From assembly GCA_963847185.1 (NCBI GenBank), contig CAWJYV010000008.1, positions 512,001 through 576,000 of the forward strand: a DNA stretch of 64,000 bases. The letters are read 5' to 3'. Below the pieces are notes generated by a model that was not told the DNA's origin, did not search any database, and was given only the letters and a program-made list of their open reading frames with translations. Shown piece after piece: positions 42,564 to 52,238 of the stretch. Origin of the DNA: an uncultured Methanosarcinaceae archaeon. Its GTDB lineage: Archaea > Halobacteriota > Methanosarcinia > Methanosarcinales > Methanosarcinaceae. Positions within the stretch are counted from its first letter, which is position 1, and each line of letters opens with the position of its first letter. The position numbers and the translations under genes are program-made.

Positions 42564-43988
42564 ATGACGAAAAGAAATTATGCAACCGTAAACCCCTGTG
42601 TCATGTGCCAGCCCATGGGAAGTGCCCTTGCTTTCAAGGGGATTGAAAATACCATGGTCCTCTATCACGGTTCTCAGGGATGCAGTACCTATATGCGTCT
42701 GCACCTTGCCCACCATTTCAGAGAACCAGTAGACATTGCATCAAGCTCCCTGAGTGAAAAGGGAGCAGTCTACGGAGGCAGGGAAAGCCTGAAAAAAGGA
42801 TTGAGAAACGTCATCAACAGGTACAAACCTAAAGTGATAGGTGTCGCTACTACCTGTCTTGCCGAAACTATAGGAGATGACGTTCCTGCAATAATAAGAG
42901 AATTCAAAGAAGAGGAAGAAATCGGAGACGATCCTGAAAAAGATATTATAATCATTCCGGTTTCCACCCCCAGCTACGGGGAAAGCCATGTAAGCGGGTA
43001 CATAAAAGCCCTGGATGCAGTTGTCAGAAAATTTGCGGAAAAGTCTGAAGAAGAAGGATTCATAAAAATCCCAAATGGAAAACTCAATCTCATTCCCGTT
43101 GAAAGCCTTTCCCCTGCCGATGTAAGGGAACTCAAAGAGATTCTTGAGCTTATGGCTAAAGATTATATCTTCCTGCCAGATATTTCCGAGACCTTTGACG
43201 CCCCACTGAGAGACGATCTTCCGAAAATCGCCCCAGGCGGTACGAAACTCTCCGAAGTTGAAGATATGCCGAACAGCCGTGCAAGCCTTGGCCTGGGTGT
43301 AGTAAGTAAAAACCTGGCCCTGGAATATCTGGAAGAATCACGTTGCGTACCCGGACACAGTGTTCCAATCCCAATAGGGCTTTCAAACACTGACAGTTTC
43401 TTTACTGAAATGGTCAAAATTCTGGGATGCTCTATTCCAGAGAAATACCAGAAAGAAAGGGGAAGGCTGCTTGATGCTATGGTAGATGTGCACAAATACC
43501 TCTACGGTGTAAAAGCAGCAGTCTACGGAGACCCGGATACTGTATTCAGTCTCACGACCTTCATGCTCGAACTCGGGATGAACCCGGTGTTAGTAGCTAC
43601 CGGAAGCAAGAGCAGGGATTTTGGAGCGAAAATCAGGCAGATATTCGAAGAGATAAGACCGGAACTGGAACCTGTGATTCTGAACGGAATTGATTTTGAT
43701 ACTCTCAATGATGCTGTCAGCGAATGCAGTCCTGAAATCTTGATCGGAAACTCAAATGGGAGATACATTGCCAAAGCCAGAGATATTCCTCTTGTAAGGG
43801 TTGGTCTTCCAATTCATGACAGGGTAGGAGCACAGCGTATCCTTACTGTCGGATACAAAGGATCCCTGGAACTGCTGGACAGGATCACAAATACTATTCT
43901 TGAAGCTACTGATACCTTCACCGCACCGGTACAGGCAGAACCGGCAGCATATACCGGGATGGGAACTGAAGAGAAATGCATGGAATGA
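42564..43988 (+). CDS. nifN: FeMo-cofactor scaffold NifN
   Basis: NPCVMCQPMG, HGSQGCSTY, HFREP, PIHDRVGAQR. Confidence 0.95.
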   Translation: MTKRNYATVNPCVMCQPMGSALAFKGIENTMVLYHGSQGCSTYMRLHLAHHFREPVDIASSSLSEKGAVYGGRESLKKGLRNVINRYKPKVIGVATTCLAETIGDDVPAIIREFKEEEEIGDDPEKDIIIIPVSTPSYGESHVSGYIKALDAVVRKFAEKSEEEGFIKIPNGKLNLIPVESLSPADVRELKEILELMAKDYIFLPDISETFDAPLRDDLPKIAPGGTKLSEVEDMPNSRASLGLGVVSKNLALEYLEESRCVPGHSVPIPIGLSNTDSFFTEMVKILGCSIPEKYQKERGRLLDAMVDVHKYLYGVKAAVYGDPDTVFSLTTFMLELGMNPVLVATGSKSRDFGAKIRQIFEEIRPELEPVILNGIDFDTLNDAVSECSPEILIGNSNGRYIAKARDIPLVRVGLPIHDRVGAQRILTVGYKGSLELLDRITNTILEATDTFTAPVQAEPAAYTGMGTEEKCME

Positions 43989-44142
43989 ACGTAACGAATG
44001 GAAAAAACTGATTTCCTGTAAAATACGGATTTAAAACACCATAAAAAGAGATTAAAAGAACTATTAAAACTGAAAAGCCCTATAAAGGATAAAAACGCAG
44101 GATTTGACCAGGACAGAACCTGAAAACTCGAGAAGGAATTTG

Positions 44143-44808
44143 ATGGAAACGCTTCAATCGGTCATGAGTCCTCTCATGCTTACTCTCAAGATTGCCTCAA
44201 TTTCAACCGTTTTTGTGACGGTGCTGGGCATTCTGATTGCCTATGTGCTGGCAAAAAGAGAGTTTACTGGAAGATGGCTGGCTGATGCGCTCATAACTCT
44301 TCCGATAGTTTTACCTCCAACCGTTACAGGATATATCCTGGTTCTCCTTCTGGGAAAAAATGGGGTCTTTGGGAGCATATTTTCCAAAATTACCGGGAGC
44401 GGGATTCTCTTTACCTGGCAGGCGGCTGCAATTGCAGCCTTTGTGGTATCCTTGCCAATGATGATAAAGACTGCCACTTCAGCTATAGGAGCAGTTGACA
44501 GAAACGTTGAGGAAGCTTCCAGTATTCTCGGGAGGAGCGAGTTAGAAACTGCGCTCTTTATAACCCTCCCCCTTGCAAAAAAAGGCATTATTGCAGGCTG
44601 CATCCTGAGTTTTGCAAGGGCTGTAGGAGAGTTCGGAGCGACCCTGATGGTCGCAGGAAATATCCCGGGAAAAACCAGTACCATGCCTCTTTCTATTTAC
44701 GGGGCATACCAATCAGGAAATAACGAACTTGCAAATCTGCTCGTGCTTGTACTGGTTGTCATATCGCTTATAACTATTGCAGCTACCAGTAAACTGGGAG
44801 AACGATAA
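44143..44808 (+). CDS. modB: Molybdate ABC transporter permease
   Basis: LPIVLPPTVTG, EEA...LG, FARAVGEFGAT, GNIPGKT. Confidence 0.95.
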   Translation: METLQSVMSPLMLTLKIASISTVFVTVLGILIAYVLAKREFTGRWLADALITLPIVLPPTVTGYILVLLLGKNGVFGSIFSKITGSGILFTWQAAAIAAFVVSLPMMIKTATSAIGAVDRNVEEASSILGRSELETALFITLPLAKKGIIAGCILSFARAVGEFGATLMVAGNIPGKTSTMPLSIYGAYQSGNNELANLLVLVLVVISLITIAATSKLGER

Positions 44809-44834
44809 AAAGAGAGTTAGGGTGAGAGTAAGGA

Positions 44835-45962
44835 ATGCCTGTTGAAGTTGACATTGAAAAGGAATTCTGCAGAAAGAAACATATAAAAAAGAAGGGAAAA
44901 AATCCCAGCTTTTCAATGCATTGTAGCTTTGATGCCGATTCCGATTTCGTGGTCCTGTTCGGCTGTTCCGGCTCAGGTAAAACCACAGCTCTCCGCTGCA
45001 TTGCAGGGCTTGAAAAACCGGATGCAGGAACCATAAAAATAAACAACACTGTGTACTTTGACAGCAGGAAGAAAATAAACCTGCCTCCACAGAAACGGAA
45101 AATAGGATACATGTTCCAGGAAAATGCCCTTTTTCCACACATGAATGTCCGACAAAATATAGAGTTCGGACTCAAAGGCCTGAGTTCTCCTGCAAAAGTC
45201 GAAAGGGTGAACGAGATGCTTGGCCTCGTGGGAATCGAGGAACTTGAGTTTTCCTATCCCGACGAACTTTCCGGTGGCCAGAAGCAAAAAGTAGCCCTTG
45301 CAAGAGCTCTTGCTCCAGATCCGGAAGTACTGCTCCTTGACGAGCCCTTTTCAGCTCTGGATACGGTCGTCCGTCTGAAATTGAGGAAAGAGCTGCAAAC
45401 AATCCAGAAAAAAATGGGAATTCCTGTGATCTTTATAACCCATGACCCTGTCGAAGCCTTCACCATGGCAGACAGGATGGTAGTGTTTGACAATGGAAAA
45501 GTACAGCAATTTGGCTCACCTGAGGATGTATTTTATCACCCTAAAACCCGCTATGTAGCAGAACTTGTGGGTTTTTCAAACCTCTTTGACGATGCCGTGA
45601 TTGAAGGACATGGAAACGGAGGCGAGTGTACTTTCCTCTGGTCTCTGGGAACTGAAATTACTGCTCCCTATATCAGGCGGATGGCAGGGGATAAAGTCAG
45701 CTGGGGGATCAGGCCCGAAAATATCGAAATCCTGGACAGCGGAAATGTCCATGCAATCCGAAAAGAGAGGAAAAACCTGCTTGACGGTGTGGTAAGGAAC
45801 GTTGTTAACAAAGGCAGCAGCCGGATCATGTCAATGAAATTGAAAGACAGTGGGGTTTTCCTGAATGTTGAAATTACGAACCATATTTTTGACTCATTAA
45901 AAATAGATACCGGAGACGAATGTATGGTAAGAATAAGGCCCTCGGATATGATTGTCTTTTAA
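44835..45962 (+). CDS. modC: Molybdate ABC transporter ATPase with TOBE domain
   Basis: GCSGSGKT, LSGGQKQ, LLLDEPF, ITHD. Confidence 0.9.
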   Translation: MPVEVDIEKEFCRKKHIKKKGKNPSFSMHCSFDADSDFVVLFGCSGSGKTTALRCIAGLEKPDAGTIKINNTVYFDSRKKINLPPQKRKIGYMFQENALFPHMNVRQNIEFGLKGLSSPAKVERVNEMLGLVGIEELEFSYPDELSGGQKQKVALARALAPDPEVLLLDEPFSALDTVVRLKLRKELQTIQKKMGIPVIFITHDPVEAFTMADRMVVFDNGKVQQFGSPEDVFYHPKTRYVAELVGFSNLFDDAVIEGHGNGGECTFLWSLGTEITAPYIRRMAGDKVSWGIRPENIEILDSGNVHAIRKERKNLLDGVVRNVVNKGSSRIMSMKLKDSGVFLNVEITNHIFDSLKIDTGDECMVRIRPSDMIVF

Positions 45963-46175
45963 CTCCCGAATTGCCGCCCGAATTGCCGCCCGAATTGCGC
46001 CTCGGGAGTACGCGGTCCTTTTCGCTTCGCTCAAGAAGACAAAATTATGGCTTAGAATCCGCGTTCCGCGTCAGGAGCCTAGTTCCTTTTCTGGATCACA
46101 GGAAATCAGAGATTTTCTGGGAGTGCGATGTAATCGCAACACGGTCCTTTCACTTGCTTTGCTCAAGAGGACTAT
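45962..46175. repeat. Composite Methanosarcina-type dispersed repeat (REP/MITE-like)
   Basis: 12-bp tandem CCCGAATTGCCG x~3; ACTCCCGA...TCGGGAGT inverted; two copies of GGTCCTTT...GCTT.GCTCAAGA.GAC. Confidence 0.6.
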
Positions 46176-46433
46176 TTTATTGTTTAGAGTAGTGGGGTGG
46201 TCCTCCGAATCAAACAGCTCGGATTATTATGGAACGAAAATTTCCACCGGATACTTTGATGAGAAGGCCCCCTTGTAATCCAGGCACAGATGTCCTGTGC
46301 CATGTGCAAATGTTTATCTTTTTTTGAAGTTTCGGTACGAGTGATCTGTTTTCCGGTCGCATCCGTCCGACCACATCCATATATGTTGAGACACTCTGCA
46401 CAAACGCAGTCAGTAGCTCATGGTTATGCTGTT

Positions 46434-48596
46434 TTACCCCAATTGGTTGGTCTGATCCAGGTCCTCGATATAGGTTCCCGCCCCAAGCCACCAGTTCTCG
46501 TCTACCTTCTGGACGTAGCTCATCTTTGGTTCAAGGGTCATATTGCGGGCAGGGTTGTAGTAATGGTAGAAAATGAACCCTCCTCCCTGCTGTGCCAGGA
46601 AGATCTCAACGCGAGTGTAATTCACTCCATAGGGATCCTGGAGCCCGGAGAGGTCCGTTCCGATCAACTGGGGCTGATAGGGGAGAGCCAAGGTCGTTCC
46701 GTTATAATCGAAGGCATAGACATAGAGATTACCGCGGATGAACATTCCGTTCTGATCATTGAACTCCGCGATCGCGGCATCCTTTCCGTTCTTATTGGAA
46801 TACGCAATAGCCTCTCCAACAAAGGATTTAAGGCTCTCTCTTGCCTGGGGGTCCGTTCCTGTCCTCACGATCGGTGAATCCTCCTGTGGCTCGTAGATAC
46901 CGGCTCCGATGATCCAGCTCTGGTTCATCATCATCAAGTAGCTGAGTTTTTGTTTTACCGTGAAGTTGTCTGCAGGGTCTGCATAGAGATATCTGACGAA
47001 GCCTCCACCGGACTGCGCGGTGGAGATCAAATCCTGAATATATGCGGTGCCGTTCGCATCCGTGTTATTCCACCGGTTAGTCCCGAGAAGCTCGGGCTGG
47101 AAGGGTAGAGCCAGCGTGGTGCCTTTGGTGTCATATGCGAAGATATAAAGCTCACCATCGACGAATTGGCCAGTCTGGTTGTTGAATTCACGAAGAGCGG
47201 CTTCCTGTCCGTGTACGTGCGCATATTCGAAGGCTTTCTCGACAAATGCTACGAGTTCCTCTGGAGATACAGTGGAGTTATTAGTGGAACTGTTAGTCGG
47301 CACCGGCGTGGAGATTGGCGTTGCTTCCGATTGGTTCTGGCAACTCTCGTAATTACCACTGCACACAATGTAGGAATTACCATCGCTTCCCTGGGTTAGT
47401 CGGTAGTAAGTGGTTTTATTGTACAGATTCGTCTTGACTGGATGCATATAGACATAATCTACCCAGCCAGTCCCATTCTTCATTGCTTCTGCATAAATTT
47501 CATCACGGTACGGTTTACCTGTAACATCTGTTTTGCCCTTGACGTTAGTGCCGACAAGCCGAATGTTGTCTGCATTAGCAACAACGGTCATATTTGTATC
47601 GTACACGAAGACGTAGAGGCCCCGGTCCTTCGGGTTTCGATATGGCGCTTCGGCTGCATTGATGCGTCGGAACGTATCAGAAGCGTTCTTCTCGATTGCT
47701 GTGGATGTTGTGTTCACAAGCTCCATCACCGTGTCATTAGTGAATGTTTGTCGGGCACATCCTACTCCGAGATTCCGGTAGATAATCCGCTCATAATCGC
47801 TGACGCCCGCAGCGTCCTTTTCCTGTTTGATGGTATCGAGAGCCTGCTGGAAGGACTGGACGACTGAATCAGGAACGTCTTTATTGAAAGCATAGTAAAT
47901 ATCCTGGGTCTCTAATTGATACACAACAGTGTAGGTGTAATAGTTCCCGGTTACCTGTTTGGTGAAGTACCTCCCTGCATCCTCAGGACATGCCCAGAGG
48001 TCGATCTCACCATTCTCGAGTCTGGTGATGATTGTAGATATATTGTTTTCGGGAATTATCTGACTCTGATTCACCCCAATGTCGAGCAGTTGCTGGATCG
48101 CTACATCGTCAGTGATCACCCCGATCCTGTACCCCTTCAGATCTTCGGGGCTCCCTATCGTGATTCCCTGGTTTCGTTTGGCAAAGAGGACCTCTTTATC
48201 TGTATAGATAGGCCCGGCCCATTTGAAGGACTGCTCCCGTTCGGGAGTCCTTGCCATACTAAAGAGAACTGTACCATTCCGGGTGAGGGCAGCTTGATAT
48301 CCCTCAGCCCAGGGTACGATGTGTACTTCCTCCCGCGTTACTTTCTTCCCCATCTTCTTGGTGATCACTTCAAGTAGATCAACGGAGACACCTTTCAGCG
48401 TACCATTTTCCATGTAGTTATAGGGCGGCAGCTGTTCGGTATAGTATGTCAGATTGGCCGATGCCAGGTCGGTGGACATCGTGTCGGCTCTTAGATCTGC
48501 AGATGCAGCTTCAGGTTCTGAAATGCATCCGGCAGCTAGTGTCACGAGCAGTACTGCAATAAGAATAGTATAGATGTATCGTAGAGATAGAGGCAT
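46434..48596 (-). CDS. Lipoprotein: family-3 solute-binding domain plus three Cache-like domains
   Basis: Lipobox LAAGC; YTEQLPPYNY, ARTPEREQSFKWAGP; three Y[VI][FY][AV][YF]D...D.xG..Y...G.G[FW]..Y modules. Confidence 0.85.
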   Translation of the reverse strand: MPLSLRYIYTILIAVLLVTLAAGCISEPEAASADLRADTMSTDLASANLTYYTEQLPPYNYMENGTLKGVSVDLLEVITKKMGKKVTREEVHIVPWAEGYQAALTRNGTVLFSMARTPEREQSFKWAGPIYTDKEVLFAKRNQGITIGSPEDLKGYRIGVITDDVAIQQLLDIGVNQSQIIPENNISTIITRLENGEIDLWACPEDAGRYFTKQVTGNYYTYTVVYQLETQDIYYAFNKDVPDSVVQSFQQALDTIKQEKDAAGVSDYERIIYRNLGVGCARQTFTNDTVMELVNTTSTAIEKNASDTFRRINAAEAPYRNPKDRGLYVFVYDTNMTVVANADNIRLVGTNVKGKTDVTGKPYRDEIYAEAMKNGTGWVDYVYMHPVKTNLYNKTTYYRLTQGSDGNSYIVCSGNYESCQNQSEATPISTPVPTNSSTNNSTVSPEELVAFVEKAFEYAHVHGQEAALREFNNQTGQFVDGELYIFAYDTKGTTLALPFQPELLGTNRWNNTDANGTAYIQDLISTAQSGGGFVRYLYADPADNFTVKQKLSYLMMMNQSWIIGAGIYEPQEDSPIVRTGTDPQARESLKSFVGEAIAYSNKNGKDAAIAEFNDQNGMFIRGNLYVYAFDYNGTTLALPYQPQLIGTDLSGLQDPYGVNYTRVEIFLAQQGGGFIFYHYYNPARNMTLEPKMSYVQKVDENWWLGAGTYIEDLDQTNQLG

Positions 48597-49203
48597 GAAA
48601 AGAGTCTACTATCAAAGTATAAATATTGGTGCTAAATATTGATATTCGTCTACATTTGAAAAAAGATGCTTTTTTGAAGGGGGGAACGACGAAAATCGGA
48701 GTCTGCAATATCTCGCGGAAAGATATTTTCGAAAAAAAAGTATATTTTCAGCCCTCATTATTAAATTCCTGAGCTAATATATCGAGCGGCAGAGGAGATG
48801 TGACAGGAGCCCTAAAATTTGTAAGTTATAGAGGAACTGAGCTTAAGAGAACTAATAAGGATAAATTACGAATCTTGCACATAAAACCTTATTTGCTTTA
48901 CCGAACCGTTCTTGTCACGCTCGACGAAGGAGAGCGGCCTTTTCCGCAATAAAGAGAAAAACAGAGTTTTATTGTTTTTTGTTGCTCTTTTAAGCTTTTT
49001 TTCTCTTATTCTACTTCGCTCTTCTTTTTTAGTTATTTCTTCTACCTCTTTCTTCTTTTTGGGAGAGGCGCCTCCAGACAAGCTGGCGGAGTACTTATAC
49101 AATCCGTAGGTTTAAAACCGGTTTATGGGCTCAGTAAACGACTCTTATATCCTTGTTTTTACATTGAATCTGATTTGTCACTCTCATCTAACTTTCATCA
49201 ATA

Positions 49204-50085
49204 TTATTCTCTTTTTACAGCTTTCAGAACAATTGCTCCGTCCATAGCTTCGGTTTCCACACTGAAACCCACATCTTCAAAAAGCTCTCTCCATGCAGCC
49301 TCCGAAAGTTGAGGGCCATGATGATGTTGATGTGCCAGCGGTTCAACTGCAGTTAATACCCCACCTTTTTTCAACGCTCTCTTAATTTCGAAAAGCGCGA
49401 ACTTAATATCTTCAAGGTGATGGAGCATGAAAAAACAGGTAACATTGTCCACAGAGCTCTTTTCAAAAGGCAGGGCATAGGCACTTCCGGTCCTGAACTC
49501 AATGTTATGCACCCCGAGAACTTCTGCATTCATCTGTGACTGGCCTGTAAGGGACTCATGGAGGTCAATACCGTAAACCTGTGAATCGGAATTATTTTTT
49601 GCAAGCTCCATTGTAAGGCTCCCGAAACCGCTGCCAACATCAAGGATAGTATCTCCTTTTATTCCGCGAAGCACAACAGGCAGAACCTTCGCCCTAACAT
49701 TGGCCATACGATCTTCAGGAAACTTTGCTTTCTCCGCTTTTTCCGTATCTACTGAAGTAAAAGGAAGAATGGAATAGACTTTTGATCCATTGGCTGCCAT
49801 CAGACCTTTTACATAAACGTTTTCGTTTTCGGCCGCAACCAGTTCCACAATAGAAACTCCAAGATCCCCGCAAAAACGCAGGTTCCACTCTTCCCTCTTT
49901 TCAGGATACTGGATATTGAGAGGAGTATGTACTATAATGTAATGAGAGTACTCCGGCTTGAAGTACGCAGATACAGACTCAGGTTCCATCAAGCAGATTT
50001 CACTGATACTCTCCCTGAAGAGAGCAAGAATTTGGAGAGAAGCTTCATCAGCCTTGTTTATTATACTTCCGATTTCTTCGAACAT
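49204..50085 (-). CDS. Class I SAM-dependent methyltransferase with N-terminal extra domain
   Basis: ILDVGSGFG, GSAYALPF, LHHL, LKKGG. Confidence 0.85.
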   Translation of the reverse strand: MFEEIGSIINKADEASLQILALFRESISEICLMEPESVSAYFKPEYSHYIIVHTPLNIQYPEKREEWNLRFCGDLGVSIVELVAAENENVYVKGLMAANGSKVYSILPFTSVDTEKAEKAKFPEDRMANVRAKVLPVVLRGIKGDTILDVGSGFGSLTMELAKNNSDSQVYGIDLHESLTGQSQMNAEVLGVHNIEFRTGSAYALPFEKSSVDNVTCFFMLHHLEDIKFALFEIKRALKKGGVLTAVEPLAHQHHHGPQLSEAAWRELFEDVGFSVETEAMDGAIVLKAVKRE

Positions 50086-50228
50086 GCTTCTGAATTTGCT
50101 TTAGAAGAATAAAAGCTCTCTTACCCGAAATTTGTGAGGCGAGTAGCGACAACGCCAGATACTCCAAATAGCCCTAAACTGTATAAATATTTATTAACTA
50201 AATGGGTAATTTTAAATAGTATAGAGTA

Positions 50229-50242
50229 GGATAGAGGATACC
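50229..50242 (+). promoter_or_regulatory. NrpR-type operator upstream of glnK
   Basis: GGAT-AGAGGA-TACC fits the GGWW-N6-WWCC pattern of the two nif sites; TTTTAAATA TATA-like box just upstream. Confidence 0.55.
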
Positions 50243-50256
50243 TATTGGTGGTCACG

Positions 50257-50601
50257 ATGAAGTACGTAATTGCGATGATAAGGCCAGAAAGGCTTGATGC
50301 AGTCAAAAGAGAACTTCAGAAAATTGAAGTAAACAGATTGACAGTATCATCCGTTTCAGGTTATGGTGCTCAAAAAGGATATCTGGAAATCTATAGAGCG
50401 ATGGAATATGATGCAAACTTACTTGAAAAAATCAAGATTGAAATCGCTGTGAATGATGAATTCTTGGAGCCAACAATTGAGGCAATAAAAACTGGAGCAA
50501 AAGGCAGTGACGGTTATGTCGGAAGCGGAAAGATCTTCGTGCTGCCACTTGAAAATGTAATAAGGATCCGTACGAACGAAACCGGACATGAGGCAATTTG
50601 A
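50257..50601 (+). CDS. glnK: PII nitrogen regulatory protein GlnK
   Basis: AMIRPERL, GYGAQKG, KIKIEIAV, GSGKIFV; adjacent to amtB. Confidence 0.93.
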   Translation: MKYVIAMIRPERLDAVKRELQKIEVNRLTVSSVSGYGAQKGYLEIYRAMEYDANLLEKIKIEIAVNDEFLEPTIEAIKTGAKGSDGYVGSGKIFVLPLENVIRIRTNETGHEAI

Positions 50602-50611
50602 GGGGATGGAG

Positions 50612-51805
50612 ATGGCTATAAACGGCGCAGACACTGTATGGGTATTGATTTCGTCAGCATTAGTACTATTAATGGTTCCTGCACTTGCCCTTTTCTATGG
50701 AGGGCTTGTCCAGCGTAAAAACGTCCTGAGCAGCATGATGCACTCATTTGTTGCAATGGGCGTTCTGGCTCTGGAATGGGTGATAATAGGTTACTCCCTT
50801 GCCTTTTCAGAAGGCAACTGGTTTGTGGGTGGCATTGGAAACGCATTCTTAAAAGGGATTGATCCTTATTCCGTAACCGGTACGATCCCAACTTATGCAT
50901 TTGTTGCATTCCAGGGAATGTTCGCAATAATTACTCCAGCACTTATATCAGGTGCCATTGTAGGACGTGTGAAGTTTAAATCTTACATCGCATTCATCTT
51001 ACTCTGGGGACTTGTAGTTTATGCACCAGTATGTCACTGGGTATGGGGGGGCGGATTCCTTACCGGAGAAGCCCTCGACTTTGCAGGTGGTACTGTAGTC
51101 CACATAACTGCAGGTATGTCCTCACTTGCAATATTGGCCTACCTTGGTAAGAGGAGGGGATATGGAGTTGATTCACTAAAGCCCCACAACGTTACTCTGA
51201 CCCTCCTTGGAGCCGGACTCCTCTGGTTCGGATGGTTCGGATTCAACGCAGGTTCAGCTCTTGCTGCAAATGAAATCGCAACCCTTGCATTCATAACGAC
51301 GTTAATAGCTCCCGCAGCTGCAGGATTTATCTGGATGTCGCTGGAATGGGTACACTTAGGGCGTCCTACTGCTCTGGGATTTGCAACTGGAGTCCTGGCA
51401 GGCCTAGTAGGAATAACGCCTGCAGCAGGATTTGTAACTCCTATGGCAGCAATTGCAATAGGTTCAATTGCAAGCTTCATATGTTATCAGGCTGTGATGT
51501 TCAAAAACAAGTTAGGATATGATGATTCGCTTGATGCCTTTGGAGTTCACGGTGTAGGTGGAATAGTCGGTGCGATATTAACCGGTGTATATGCAAGTGT
51601 TGGAGGCGAAGGTCTCCTTCTTGGAAACTCTGCCCAGTTGATGATTCAGCTTGAAGGTGTAGTTCTCACAATCGTATACGCAATGGCCTGCACCCTGCTT
51701 ATAGGATTTGTACTTCACAAGACGATAGGACTCAAAGTTACTGAAAGTGAAGAACTTATCGGGCTTGACAAGACCCAGCATGGTGAAGCAGCTTACAACC
51801 TCTGA
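50612..51805 (+). CDS. amtB: Ammonium transporter
   Basis: LALFYGGL, FQGMFAIITPAL, DFAGGTVVH, GWFGFNAGS, DDSLDAFGVHG. Confidence 0.97.
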   Translation: MAINGADTVWVLISSALVLLMVPALALFYGGLVQRKNVLSSMMHSFVAMGVLALEWVIIGYSLAFSEGNWFVGGIGNAFLKGIDPYSVTGTIPTYAFVAFQGMFAIITPALISGAIVGRVKFKSYIAFILLWGLVVYAPVCHWVWGGGFLTGEALDFAGGTVVHITAGMSSLAILAYLGKRRGYGVDSLKPHNVTLTLLGAGLLWFGWFGFNAGSALAANEIATLAFITTLIAPAAAGFIWMSLEWVHLGRPTALGFATGVLAGLVGITPAAGFVTPMAAIAIGSIASFICYQAVMFKNKLGYDDSLDAFGVHGVGGIVGAILTGVYASVGGEGLLLGNSAQLMIQLEGVVLTIVYAMACTLLIGFVLHKTIGLKVTESEELIGLDKTQHGEAAYNL

Positions 51806-51888
51806 GTAAAGGTAATACCTTTACCGTTTCAATTTTTAAGTTTAAACTTAGATTAGTTTCATGAGTAGAAAAAATCTATTTCATGAAA

Positions 51889-52012
51889 CTAATGCATCTT
51901 CCCTAAAGATAATACATTCAACAAAAGTAATGTATTTTCCCTAAAGATAATACATTCAACAAGACTTAATGCATTTTTCCTAAAGATAATACATTCAACA
52001 AAAATTAATGTA
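51889..52012. repeat. 38-39-bp tandem repeat x3
   Basis: CTAAAGATAATACATTCAACAA at 51903, 51941 and 51980. Confidence 0.9.
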
Positions 52013-52238
52013 ACTTCTAAAAGTAATGAGTAATTTATAAGACTAATAATTTTTCCTGAAAACTTCTACTTTTTCAGCATTTATGAGCCTTTAGGGGGCC
52101 ATTTCTATCCAGAGGATAATTATTAATTGCTTTTTTACGTATTTCAAAAGGTAGAAAACATTAAATAAGATAATCTAGGGAGGAGGTTAGAGATTGGAGA
52201 TTTTCTAGTTCTCATATAAAAATAAGAAGGATGGCCAG

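Noticed and set aside
51889-52012. Possible CRISPR array
   Set aside because: The units are near-identical end to end with no unique 30-40-nt spacers, and there are no cas genes; it is a minisatellite.
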